IMG/VR virus record: IMGVR_UViG_3300032287_001974 | Span: 21,633-85,632 of that record | DNA length: 64,000 bases | Reading direction: 5' to 3' (one strand) | Source of the DNA: a virus | In this document: positions 26,790-35,187 of the stretch, in pieces | Layout: every line of letters starts with the position of its first letter | How positions within the stretch are numbered: position 1 is the first letter of the stretch | The notes under the pieces: generated by a model | What the model was told of the DNA's origin: nothing | What the model saw: only the letters and a program-made list of their open reading frames with translations | Databases searched by the model: none | Position numbers and translations under genes: made by a program

Positions 26790-28369
26790 GTTTTGTAGGC
26801 ACGCTACTTCCATACCAGCCCGAGGCCGTAGACAAAATGTGCGAACGAGGCAAGATGTTGGTCGCCTACGACCTAGGACTTGGCAAGACTGTTTTGACTA
26901 TTGCCGCTGTAGAACGCCTAATGGACGAACAAAAGGTTACAGAACCCGGTCTAATTATTTGCTTGTCTAGCCTTAAGTACCAGTGGGCAGCTTCTATTAA
27001 GAAGTTTACTAATGGCTCTAACCCAATTGTGATTGATGGCTCTCCTGAACAGCGTAAGCGCCAGTACGACCGCGCTATGAAGTGGCGCACTACCGGAATC
27101 GACTACATCATTATGAATTACGAGCAGGTAGTAAATGATTGGGAGTTTGTCAGCAAACTACCTCGCGGATTTGTAGTCTTAGACGAGGCAACAGCCATTA
27201 AGTCATTTAGATCTAAGCGAGCCAAGGCCGCTAAAAAGCTTGCAACTTGTGAGTACCGGTTTGCTTTGACGGGTACCCCTGTCGAGAATGGCAAGCCAGA
27301 AGAGCTTTACAGCATTATGCAGTTTGTTGACGACAGCGTGCTCGGCAGGTTTGACAAATTTGACGCAACTTTTATTGTACGTAACGCTTGGGGCGGCGTA
27401 GACCGCTACCGTAACCTGCCTACTCTTCATGAGCGTATGAAAGAAGCTTCTGTGCGTAAAGCTCAGAAAGACGCAGACGTAGCGCCGTTCCTTCCCGGGA
27501 CAATTCATAAAGACCCTGTCTATGTGACGTTAGACAGAAAAGCAGCTAAGTTATACAAGCGCATCTCTGACGATCTTTTGCTAGACCTAGACAACGCCCA
27601 GACATTGTTCGGTGGTTCGTTTAACATTATGGCGCACTACGGGTTTGAGAAATCATGGGGCGGCCCTGAAGATGAGCTGCGCGGTCAAGTAATGTCAAAG
27701 GTTGGCGCACTTAAGATGCTTGCTTGTTCTCCACAGTTGCTTAAGACTAGCGCTAAGAAATTCCACAGCGGTAATGGCGAAGGTTCTGCTTATGCCGCTC
27801 AATTGGATGACGAAGGGTTGCTAGAGGCAATGCCCAATACAAAGCTAGACGTTTTTACTGCTTATGTAAAAGACTTTTTAGAACAAGACGAGAAGAATAA
27901 GCTGGTGGTATTTTGTTCCTACGTAGACATGGTGGATCTTATAGCAGACCGCGTTGGACGCGATATAACCGTTACCTACACTGGTCAATTAGACGCTAAG
28001 ACAAAGGAGAAGCATAAGAATGCTCTTAATAACGACCCTTCTGTTCGTGTTTTCGTCAGTTCTGATGCTGGCGGCTACGGTGTTGATTTACCAGCGGCGA
28101 ATATGCTCATTAACTATGATCTCCCTTGGTCTTCTGGTCTTGCTACTCAGCGTAACGGCCGTATTCGTCGGGCTTCTTCTGAGTGGAAAACTATAGTTAT
28201 CCAGGACTTCCTAATTGCCGGCTCAGTAGAAGTTAGGCAATTTGAGGCACTTCAGCAGAAAAATGCTATTGCAGCCGCTGTTATAGACGGCGAGGGAATC
28301 AATAAAAACGGCGGGGTAGACCTAACTATTGGCTCACTACGCGGATTTTTGCTAGACACATCGGTATAG
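26786..28369 (+). CDS. SNF2-family helicase
   Basis: DLGLGKT, LDEA, LTGTPVEN, QRNGRIRR. Confidence 0.9.
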   Translation: MSFVGTLLPYQPEAVDKMCERGKMLVAYDLGLGKTVLTIAAVERLMDEQKVTEPGLIICLSSLKYQWAASIKKFTNGSNPIVIDGSPEQRKRQYDRAMKWRTTGIDYIIMNYEQVVNDWEFVSKLPRGFVVLDEATAIKSFRSKRAKAAKKLATCEYRFALTGTPVENGKPEELYSIMQFVDDSVLGRFDKFDATFIVRNAWGGVDRYRNLPTLHERMKEASVRKAQKDADVAPFLPGTIHKDPVYVTLDRKAAKLYKRISDDLLLDLDNAQTLFGGSFNIMAHYGFEKSWGGPEDELRGQVMSKVGALKMLACSPQLLKTSAKKFHSGNGEGSAYAAQLDDEGLLEAMPNTKLDVFTAYVKDFLEQDEKNKLVVFCSYVDMVDLIADRVGRDITVTYTGQLDAKTKEKHKNALNNDPSVRVFVSSDAGGYGVDLPAANMLINYDLPWSSGLATQRNGRIRRASSEWKTIVIQDFLIAGSVEVRQFEALQQKNAIAAAVIDGEGINKNGGVDLTIGSLRGFLLDTSV

Positions 28370-28376
28370 TAATAGA

Positions 28377-28550
28377 ATGCCAACTTATCAATACAAATGC
28401 CCGCTCTGCCAGGCGGCTCTAGAGGTTACCAGGAGTATTCACGAGGACGACCCAGGCTACGAGTGCAGCAACTGTAAAGTTCCGTTTACCCAGGTGCTCA
28501 GCGGCATCTCACTATCATTTAAGGGGTCAGGGTGGGCGCACAAGGAGTAA
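28377..28550 (+). CDS. FmdB-family zinc ribbon protein
   Basis: MPTYQYKCPLC...CSNC...FKGSGW (57 aa; not in ORF track). Confidence 0.85.
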   Translation: MPTYQYKCPLCQAALEVTRSIHEDDPGYECSNCKVPFTQVLSGISLSFKGSGWAHKE

Positions 28551-28555
28551 TAAAG

Positions 28556-28894
28556 ATGCCAACTAAAATTAAGGTTGGCTCCCAGATTTGGGATATAGTA
28601 GAAAAACCTCGTAAGGGTGACCTAAGCCTTTCCGAAGACAGCTTTGGCTACACTTTGGCTCGTGAAAATCTAATAATCCTAGATAACAGCATGTCAAACA
28701 GCCGTAAGCGCCAGACTCTCTTGCATGAGATTCTTCACGCAATTAAGTTTTCTTTTGGCAGCCCGGTCACACCAAAAAAGACTGACGAAGCCGAAATTTG
28801 GGAGCACTACTACATAGCAATGTACGAAGAAGGGCTGCTTTTAGTTCTTCGGGATAACCCGGGGTTACTTGCATACCTATTAAAGGAAGATTAA
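28556..28894 (+). CDS. HExxH metallopeptidase-like protein
   Basis: TLLHEILHA. Confidence 0.65.
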   Translation: MPTKIKVGSQIWDIVEKPRKGDLSLSEDSFGYTLARENLIILDNSMSNSRKRQTLLHEILHAIKFSFGSPVTPKKTDEAEIWEHYYIAMYEEGLLLVLRDNPGLLAYLLKED

Positions 28895-28903
28895 GGTTAA
28901 ACA

Positions 28904-29161
28904 ATGGCAGCAGGAGAATCATTTAAAATGACATTTGATGAATGGCTACAGATTGGCCTTGACAACGCCTGGGTAGGGCCATCCGTGTGCTCTACGCACG
29001 ACGGCATTCCAATGACTGGTGAAGAGGAAGAAGAAATGTACGAAGGGGACCCTTGCGTACACATTCTTAGACTTTACGAGGACGAGGAAACTAAGAAAGC
29101 TGTAGAGGAAAACCACTCTCCTAGCGTCTGGCGTGCAACCAACTCCGGTTTTAGTGTATAG
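28904..29161 (+). CDS. Hypothetical protein
   Basis: VCSTHDG..GDPCVHILRLY. Confidence 0.6.
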   Translation: MAAGESFKMTFDEWLQIGLDNAWVGPSVCSTHDGIPMTGEEEEEMYEGDPCVHILRLYEDEETKKAVEENHSPSVWRATNSGFSV

Positions 29162-29173
29162 TTGTACCTACAT

Positions 29174-29247
29174 CGCGGTGTGGGGCAGCTCGGTAGTCCG
29201 CTAGGCTCATAACCTAGAGATCGCAGGTTCAAATCCTGCCACCGCAA
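29174..29247 (+). tRNA. tRNA-fMet (CAU), initiator type
   Basis: Cloverleaf; C1:A72 mismatch, G11:C24, loop CTCATAA, TTCAAAT T-loop; no encoded CCA. Confidence 0.92.
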
Positions 29248-29263
29248 CGAAAGAAAGTGCAAT

Positions 29264-29401
29264 ATGGCAAAAGGAAAGGGCGGAGGCCCAAAGCCACCTG
29301 TTAAGGGCGGTAACTCAGACCGCAAGAACGGTAAAGCTGACAAGAAGTCTCCAAAAGTCTTTGACCCAGTAAAGCGCCGTCTTGTAACTAAAACTAAATA
29401 G
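29264..29401 (+). CDS. Small basic protein (MAKGKGGGPKP...)
   Basis: 45-aa ORF between tRNA and tmRNA. Confidence 0.5.
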   Translation: MAKGKGGGPKPPVKGGNSDRKNGKADKKSPKVFDPVKRRLVTKTK

Positions 29402-29407
29402 TGACTA

Positions 29408-29738
29408 GGGGATGATCGGTTTCGACGGTCATTCGTAAATTGGTGAAGCAAGCAGAGATAGCGGAGTCTCTTAAAACCGCTAAAAAAATAAATGCTGAAT
29501 CTCGTTCTGCATTCGCACTAGCTGCCTGATCGTAGTTAGTACCCCCAGGAAAGCAGCAGTTCTAGCTGGGCACTTGGGTTTTAAATAAATAGAACAACTT
29601 GTATCACGTCCATGCTGGAGACGTAAAACTGAAGCACCACAGGATGTGGCAGTTCGGTCCTGGAAATATAAACTGCCTAAGCTTGTAGAAGAACAACACA
29701 CTAATGATCGGACCGGGGTTCAATTCCCCGCATCTCCA
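29408..29738 (+). ncRNA. ssrA: tmRNA
   Basis: GGGGATG..GGTTTCGAC 5' end; GGGGTTCAATTCCCC T-arm and CATCTCCA 3' end; G3:U pair; tag ORF 29494-29529 AESRSAFALAA*. Confidence 0.95.
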
Positions 29739-29800
29739 CGCTTGCAGATAAAGGGAGCGCCCAGCGGTCTGCCCGTCCTAGGCAACGGAATTCTCCCAAT

Positions 29801-29872
29801 TGATCACTAGCTCAACGGCAGAGCAACGAGCTGTTAACTCGAAGGTTCCTGGTTCGAATCCAGGGTGGTCAG
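29801..29872 (+). tRNA. tRNA-Asn (GUU)
   Basis: Cloverleaf, loop CTGTTAA, G73. Confidence 0.92.
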
Positions 29873-29874
29873 CC

Positions 29875-29948
29875 CGCGGGGTAGGGTAGTTAGGTAATCC
29901 GCCAGCTCGACTAGCTGGAAATCGTGGGTTCAAATCCCACCCCCGCAA
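29875..29948 (+). tRNA. Atypical initiator-type tRNA with GAC (Val) anticodon
   Basis: CGCGGGG/CCCCGCA acceptor (C1:A72), GGGT/ATCC D-stem, CCAGC/GCTGG stem with loop TCGACTA, GTGGG-TTCAAAT-CCCAC, A73. Confidence 0.8.
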
Positions 29949-29949
29949 C

Positions 29950-29984
29950 AAAAAAGCCCCAGGCTATAAACCTGGGGCTTTTTT
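29950..29984. terminator. Bidirectional intrinsic terminator
   Basis: AAAAAAGCCCCAGG / CCTGGGGCTTTTTT between convergent units. Confidence 0.85.
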
Positions 29985-29993
29985 ATTTAGTTA

Positions 29994-30347
29994 TTACTTG
30001 ACGTTGTCGTCGTCATCAAATAGATCAGAGAGGTCTCCGAAGTCGTCTAGCTCTGAGGTTTCTTTGGCTGAGGCTTTTACAGCTTCTGCAACATCCTTAT
30101 TGTCAGCGGCTTGTTTAGCAACAGCAGCGCGGAAGCCTTTTTCGATGTCTTCGTCTGAGATATTTGCATCCCAAGCTAGCTGAACACCGAAGAAGATAAT
30201 AATTGATGAGAACACTGTTGCAACACCGATAAGACCACCAGCAACCCATCCAACTGACGAGCTACCACCAACGGCAGCACCAGGGATAAACGCAAACATG
30301 ACTACACCAATGGAGCGAACAATAATTTGTTTTAATTGCTTAAGCAA
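29994..30347 (-). CDS. Holin-like membrane protein
   Basis: Two hydrophobic segments; TTG start with GGAG RBS; next to endolysin. Confidence 0.55.
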   Translation of the reverse strand: MLKQLKQIIVRSIGVVMFAFIPGAAVGGSSSVGWVAGGLIGVATVFSSIIIFFGVQLAWDANISDEDIEKGFRAAVAKQAADNKDVAEAVKASAKETSELDDFGDLSDLFDDDDNVK

Positions 30348-30873
30348 GCGGGGTCTCCTTCTTAGGGGCTTTAGAAGTTGGAGCAGGAGCAACTACTGGA
30401 GCTTCTGCAGGGGCAGCGGTTTTTGCAGCAGCTTTAGCTGCAGCGGCTTCGCTCTTAATCATTTTTTCTAGGAAAGTGTGGGCGTCGTATACCTTGCCAG
30501 TAATGCCTCCACCGCTGGTTAGCGATAGGGTAAAGTGCAGGTGAACCCCGCTACTGGCGCTTCCAGATGTTCCAGCCCCACCAACTGAAGCACCAGACTT
30601 AACTTTGGTGCCTACTTTAAGAGGAGACTGCTTGTCCATGTGGCAGTAGATGAAATAGTGCTTCCCAACCTTAAGCTCAACAACCCAACCAAGGACGTCA
30701 GTCCATTTGTTTAGGGTAATCTGACCATCTCCAACAGCTGGCAGCGGTGTGCCAGCTTTGAAGCCGTTGTAGTCCACGCCTCGGTGAGGGCCTAGGCCCA
30801 TAGCCTTGCGCTGAGGTGAGTGCGAGCCAAATGGGTCAGCAACCTTTTTGAACGGCAAACGGTAGTTGTACAT
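30340..30873 (-). CDS. M23 peptidase (probable endolysin)
   Basis: HRGVD, YCHM, GVHLHF. Confidence 0.85.
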   Translation of the reverse strand: MYNYRLPFKKVADPFGSHSPQRKAMGLGPHRGVDYNGFKAGTPLPAVGDGQITLNKWTDVLGWVVELKVGKHYFIYCHMDKQSPLKVGTKVKSGASVGGAGTSGSASSGVHLHFTLSLTSGGGITGKVYDAHTFLEKMIKSEAAAAKAAAKTAAPAEAPVVAPAPTSKAPKKETPLA

Positions 30874-30904
30874 TGTAGTCCTTTCAGTACTTGTCTATTG
30901 TCTC

Positions 30905-31072
30905 TTATTCGTCGTGGTTTCGCAGGGGAAACGTAACGACCCAAGCAATAATTGCACCAATAATGGCCCAACCAACTACCGACTTAGCCGAGCCCTCAAG
31001 TACGATCCAGGCCACAAACATACCCAGAAGGGTCCATAGTTGGCCCAGCATGTCGTTAAAAAACTTTTTCAT
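30905..31072 (-). CDS. Small 2-TM membrane protein
   Basis: MKKFFNDMLGQLWTLLGMFVAWIVLEGSAK...PLRNHDE (55 aa; not in ORF track); coupled to upstream stop. Confidence 0.65.
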   Translation of the reverse strand: MKKFFNDMLGQLWTLLGMFVAWIVLEGSAKSVVGWAIIGAIIAWVVTFPLRNHDE

Positions 31073-31308
31073 TAGTCCTCATCCTCCTTACTGTTCTTAT
31101 TAGATGCCTTAGCGCCAAAATAGCCGCCGAGAATACCTATGATTCCACCTAGGGCAGTCTGCACCAAGGTCATAACGTCCGAGGAGACCTCTACAGGTTC
31201 CCCAGTGGTTTGGGTCTCAATGGCTGCTACAACATAGTCGCCAACGATTGCAAATAGAATTGCAACCATAACGCCAGCCGCAAGGATTAGCATTGTTTTT
31301 TCTTTCAT
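31072..31308 (-). CDS. Small 2-TM holin-like protein
   Basis: Two TM helices, GGYFG, charged C-terminus. Confidence 0.6.
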   Translation of the reverse strand: MKEKTMLILAAGVMVAILFAIVGDYVVAAIETQTTGEPVEVSSDVMTLVQTALGGIIGILGGYFGAKASNKNSKEDED

Positions 31309-31310
31309 TG

Positions 31311-33152
31311 TTAGTTCTTTCTACTAGAAACGGAACTGGCAGCAGCGGCTGCTGCGCTAGTGGCTGCTCCCGTTGCCGCTTGTACTGCTGCTCCAACAGC
31401 AACTACAGCCACAACTACTTGCTTTTCCGCTAATTCACGGACTGCGGGGGACATATCAGAACCGACGTTGCCCATAAAGTTAATGGCGTCAGTAAGGGCG
31501 ACTACGGCGGCTCCAAGTACAGGAACAGCAGCCAGTTCAGGATCTACCTCAATGTCGTCTGCTTGGGCAGCCACAAATAGGGCTTCAAGAGCCTGAGTAT
31601 ATTCAGGAGAGCCTTGTTCAGTATTTTCAAGTACCGTGTAAGCGGCTTCTACTAGCTCTTCTACCTGAGCTTCGCTAAGTTCTTGCGGATCAATCTCAGT
31701 TAGGTTTTCCATTACAGCTAAAGATTCTTCGGTGGCTGCTGCTTCGTCTGGAGGCTGTACCGGTTCGGGCTGTACCGGTGTTGGCTCTTCAACAGGTTCC
31801 TCGCTAGGCGAAGGTTCAGATGCTGGCTCTTCCTCAGATGGAACGGGGTCAACTGGCTCCTCTACTGGGGTAGCGTCTATTACCGCCTGAGTAAGGGCAG
31901 GGATAGCCGCCACAGCTGTGTTTAATCTATTGTCCGCGTTTTCTTGGTCAATAACTGCTGAATCATAAATAGATTTAGATGCTAATTCCGCCGCTACTTT
32001 ATCAATTAAAATGGCCTGAAGTGTAGGGTCATGGATCAAAGGGGCCGTGGCATCCATCACCGGTTCTTCGGTAAAGAACGTTTCTGTTTCCCAAACGGTG
32101 ATGTCTTCGGACGTAACCACGTCCTCGTACGTGACGACGTCTACCCAAACAATTACCTCTTCAAACGTAGTCTCAGTAACCCAAGTGACAACATCTTCGT
32201 AAGTTGTTACCGCCTCATACGTAGTCTCTGTTATAGTCTGCTCACCAAACCAGCTTGGCGGGACAATAGTGTTGGCTGTGCCAGCGGTTGAATAAAACAG
32301 CTGTACCCATGCGCCACCGCCATTTTCGTAGTAGTACAGGGTAGTTGGGTAAAGAATGCCCGCTCTAATCCACATTGGCTCAGAGATAGTTCCACCGCCA
32401 CCTTTGTCGTACCAGTCATTAATAAGCGACATACCAGCGATGGTTAGTTTGATCCCATCGTCGCCCGGGGCGTAAAACGTGTACCAACCGTCGGAAGGGA
32501 CCATAATATTGCCCTCAAATGCGACAAGAACGTCCTCTGCCTTGCCCGAGTTAAGCACCAAACCGCCGCCCCACTGGAAGTCAATGTTTTGTACATTTTG
32601 TACAGAAAGCGGGGTCTCGTTAGCCGTTGGTAGCGGCGGAGCATTGTTGTACCCCTGGCGATTATAGGACTTAGCCATTAATCCGCCAGGAACTACTGTT
32701 GTTGTAGTGCGGGGAACATAGGTCGTAGTAGCAACTTGAGTCACTACCGGAACTTCCTGTGTGTGCGTCACAATCTCTGTGTGCGGGGTAGGAGTAACAT
32801 GCTCAACAGTTGTGGTCGTAGTAATGGTTTCAATGTGTGAAACCTCACGAGTGTGGGCTACCTGCTCAGTAGGCCTTACCCAAGCAGGGTCAGGTATTAA
32901 CTCGTTGTCGTATTCGCTTTGGGCGTTTGCACGGTTAACTTGAGACGCCTCATACTCAGCAAGGGTTGAGGATACTTTTTGATCTGCGGTTTCTTTTGCT
33001 AGGGTAGCGTCAGTTACCTCTTGCTGACCTGCAGCAAGAGCTAATTGTGCCTCTTCAAAACTTTGGGCGTAGGCTGGTGACTGAAATAGTAGCGGACTAA
33101 AGGCTACAAAGACTATTCCGATTGATGCTGCGATTTTTCGCAGTTTTTGCAA
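31311..33152 (-). CDS. Exported/membrane-anchored PA14-domain protein
   Basis: Signal peptide; IDFQWGGG, GDDGIKL, YYENGGGA PA14 motifs; Pro/Glu linker; hydrophobic C-terminus. Confidence 0.8.
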   Translation of the reverse strand: MQKLRKIAASIGIVFVAFSPLLFQSPAYAQSFEEAQLALAAGQQEVTDATLAKETADQKVSSTLAEYEASQVNRANAQSEYDNELIPDPAWVRPTEQVAHTREVSHIETITTTTTVEHVTPTPHTEIVTHTQEVPVVTQVATTTYVPRTTTTVVPGGLMAKSYNRQGYNNAPPLPTANETPLSVQNVQNIDFQWGGGLVLNSGKAEDVLVAFEGNIMVPSDGWYTFYAPGDDGIKLTIAGMSLINDWYDKGGGGTISEPMWIRAGILYPTTLYYYENGGGAWVQLFYSTAGTANTIVPPSWFGEQTITETTYEAVTTYEDVVTWVTETTFEEVIVWVDVVTYEDVVTSEDITVWETETFFTEEPVMDATAPLIHDPTLQAILIDKVAAELASKSIYDSAVIDQENADNRLNTAVAAIPALTQAVIDATPVEEPVDPVPSEEEPASEPSPSEEPVEEPTPVQPEPVQPPDEAAATEESLAVMENLTEIDPQELSEAQVEELVEAAYTVLENTEQGSPEYTQALEALFVAAQADDIEVDPELAAVPVLGAAVVALTDAINFMGNVGSDMSPAVRELAEKQVVVAVVAVGAAVQAATGAATSAAAAAASSVSSRKN

Positions 33153-33346
33153 TCAAATCCTTTTAGATAAGGGGGGTAGCTCAATTATCGCCGATATGCT
33201 AGCATTTTTCTCTATAAACCGACCGTAGCTCCCAAGAAGCTCTCTCGGGTTGTGTTATAGTGGCTCTTACAACTAAATAGTGGTAACAATGTCACTTTGA
33301 CAATAAACGACCGAGTACTAACTACCAAGGAAAGGTAGGTCGCTAA

Positions 33347-33916
33347 ATGAAGAAGATCATTGCAATCGGTGCTATCGCACTAGTAATGACAAGCTGCAGT
33401 TCATCAGCATCTGCAGTGGAAACAAAGGCTAGTGCAGTAGCCGTCGTACGGGTTGTGGAACCCGTCAGCTTTCTAACGAAAGTTAAGCACAAGCAGTTGG
33501 ACTTTAAAAAAGAAATCAAACTGCGCGGCATAACTAACAAAATGGAAAGTGTAGTAAACCAGGTAAAGAGCCGTGTCGGCAAGACATGGTACGTTTTCTC
33601 TGGCGCATCGCCTAGAGGCTGGGATTGTTCCGGCCTTACATACTGGGCGTATGAACAATTAGGAATAGAAATCCCTCACTCTGCTAATAAGCAGGGCCAC
33701 CTTAATAAGGGTGTAAAAGACCCAAAGGTTGGCGATATCGTGCTGTTCGGTTACAAAGGAACACGCACTTACTACCATGCCGCACTCTACATCGGTAACG
33801 GAAAAATAATCCATGCAGGATTCCGAAAGGGTACATCTACACAGATATTAGATCTGAATGACCCTTCACTCAAAGGCAGCAAAGTTAAATTTGTTCGTCT
33901 CGTAGAAACACTATAA
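33347..33916 (+). CDS. NlpC/P60 peptidoglycan endopeptidase, possible lipoprotein
   Basis: WDCSG, HAALYIG, IIHA; N-terminal lipobox-like VMTSC. Confidence 0.9.
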   Translation: MKKIIAIGAIALVMTSCSSSASAVETKASAVAVVRVVEPVSFLTKVKHKQLDFKKEIKLRGITNKMESVVNQVKSRVGKTWYVFSGASPRGWDCSGLTYWAYEQLGIEIPHSANKQGHLNKGVKDPKVGDIVLFGYKGTRTYYHAALYIGNGKIIHAGFRKGTSTQILDLNDPSLKGSKVKFVRLVETL

Positions 33917-33968
33917 ACTAGACCAGTAACGGCTGGGGGCGTGCGTAAAGTGCGCCCCCAACTTTAAT

Positions 33969-34041
33969 GCCTCAATAGCTCAGTTGGTAGAGCGCCATAC
34001 TTGTAATATGGATGTCGCGGGTTCGATTCCTGCTTGGGGCT
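33969..34041 (+). tRNA. tRNA-Thr (UGU)
   Basis: Cloverleaf, loop CTTGTAA. Confidence 0.92.
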
Positions 34042-34061
34042 CTCAATAACTAAGGAGAACC

Positions 34062-34292
34062 ATGTCTGTCGTTGTTTACAGCAACCCTAACTGTGTCCAG
34101 TGTGAGCAAACTAAAAGATTCTTAACCCTTAAGGGCATTGAGTTTGAGTCTAAGATGATTACCGATAGCCCGGAGGTCATGCCAATTATTGAGGAGAACG
34201 GCTACAAGTCCGCCCCAGTAGTAGTGGCTGGAGACAACAGCTGGTCCGGATTTAGACTTGACAAGTTAAGCTCGCTTGTCAACGTTAAGTAG
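34062..34292 (+). CDS. nrdH: NrdH-like glutaredoxin
   Basis: CVQC, APVV, WSGFR. Confidence 0.9.
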   Translation: MSVVVYSNPNCVQCEQTKRFLTLKGIEFESKMITDSPEVMPIIEENGYKSAPVVVAGDNSWSGFRLDKLSSLVNVK

Positions 34293-34395
34293 TGTATCCT
34301 TGACATAGACACGCCAATCGGGTGTCCTATAAAAATACTGTGCTGCGGGCAGTTATATAACTAACTAAGGCACAGTTGTCGTCTAAGGAGACAAC

Positions 34396-34941
34396 ATGAG
34401 TAGAAATCCGTACGAAGAGTACGATAACTTCAAAAAGGGCAAGGGACAATTCCCGCCAAACCCCTACGAGCCACATGATCCGTGGCCAAAGCATCCGGAA
34501 TGGAAAATTCCGGAAAAACCAAAAGTAATTACCATTTCCGACCTATTCCCGCGCATTGACCGCTGGGGTATTGGCTATCTCCCACTGCTAGAGCAGCTCA
34601 AGCAAATCGCTAATGAAAAGCCGTCGTACCCTCCGTATGACATCATTGACAATAAAAACGACACCACTACGGTATCAGTTGCTGTTGCCGGCTTTACCAA
34701 GAAAGAGCTTGAGGTCAGCATCCACGAAGGTGTGCTAAAGATCGAAGGTAAGAAGAAGGCCAAGAAAGAAACTGGCGAGGTTGTCTACCAAGGCATCGCT
34801 GCCCGTGACTTTACGCTGACCTTCGCGCTTGCAGAGTACTTCGAGGCCCAATCAGCTTCGGTAGAGGACGGCATGCTAACTATCACGCTCTTTAAGAACG
34901 TGCCTGATGAAAAGAAACCAAAGGTAATTGACATCAGCTAG
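34396..34941 (+). CDS. Hsp20 small heat shock protein
   Basis: YPPYDI, AVAGF, GIAARDF, DGMLTI. Confidence 0.9.
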   Translation: MSRNPYEEYDNFKKGKGQFPPNPYEPHDPWPKHPEWKIPEKPKVITISDLFPRIDRWGIGYLPLLEQLKQIANEKPSYPPYDIIDNKNDTTTVSVAVAGFTKKELEVSIHEGVLKIEGKKKAKKETGEVVYQGIAARDFTLTFALAEYFEAQSASVEDGMLTITLFKNVPDEKKPKVIDIS

Positions 34942-34961
34942 GTAATTTGGTAACCTAGAAC

Positions 34962-34999
34962 AAAGCCCGGGATACACAGATGATGCGTCCCGGGCTTTT
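34962..34999 (+). terminator. Intrinsic terminator
   Basis: AAAGCCCGGGA / TCCCGGGCTTTT. Confidence 0.7.
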
Positions 35000-35013
35000 G
35001 CTATACTTGGTAT

Positions 35014-35178
35014 ATGCCTAACGCACCTAAAACCCCAACCAGGACCATTCGTGTTTCTGATGACCTATGGACCGCCGCTCAAGCTCAGGCCGCCGAGCAG
35101 GGGATCACGGTAACTAGTGTGCTCATTGAGGCCCTAGAAAAATTTGTTTATCCTGAACTTGACAACCGGGAGAAATAA
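35014..35178 (+). CDS. Ribbon-helix-helix DNA-binding protein
   Basis: TPTRTIRVSDDLW..AQAQAAEQGITVTSVLIEAL (54 aa; not in ORF track). Confidence 0.75.
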   Translation: MPNAPKTPTRTIRVSDDLWTAAQAQAAEQGITVTSVLIEALEKFVYPELDNREK

Positions 35179-35187
35179 CCTTACGTT
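35159..35187 (+). promoter_or_regulatory. SigA-type promoter
   Basis: TTGACA-N17-TACGTT. Confidence 0.55.

Noticed and set aside
29074-29701. Minus-strand ORFs of 125 and 73 aa
   Set aside because: Antisense to tRNA-fMet and tmRNA, with no protein-like features
29875-29948. Reading the atypical tRNA as tRNA-Ser(CGA) with loop CUCGACU
   Set aside because: That register breaks the CCAGC/GCTGG stem and there is no long variable arm; the GAC register keeps all helices
33458-33470. GAACCCGTCAGCT matches the 3' core of c-di-AMP (ydaO) riboswitches, which often precede NlpC/P60 genes
   Set aside because: It lies inside the coding region (VEPVS) and the other riboswitch elements are absent; probably coincidence
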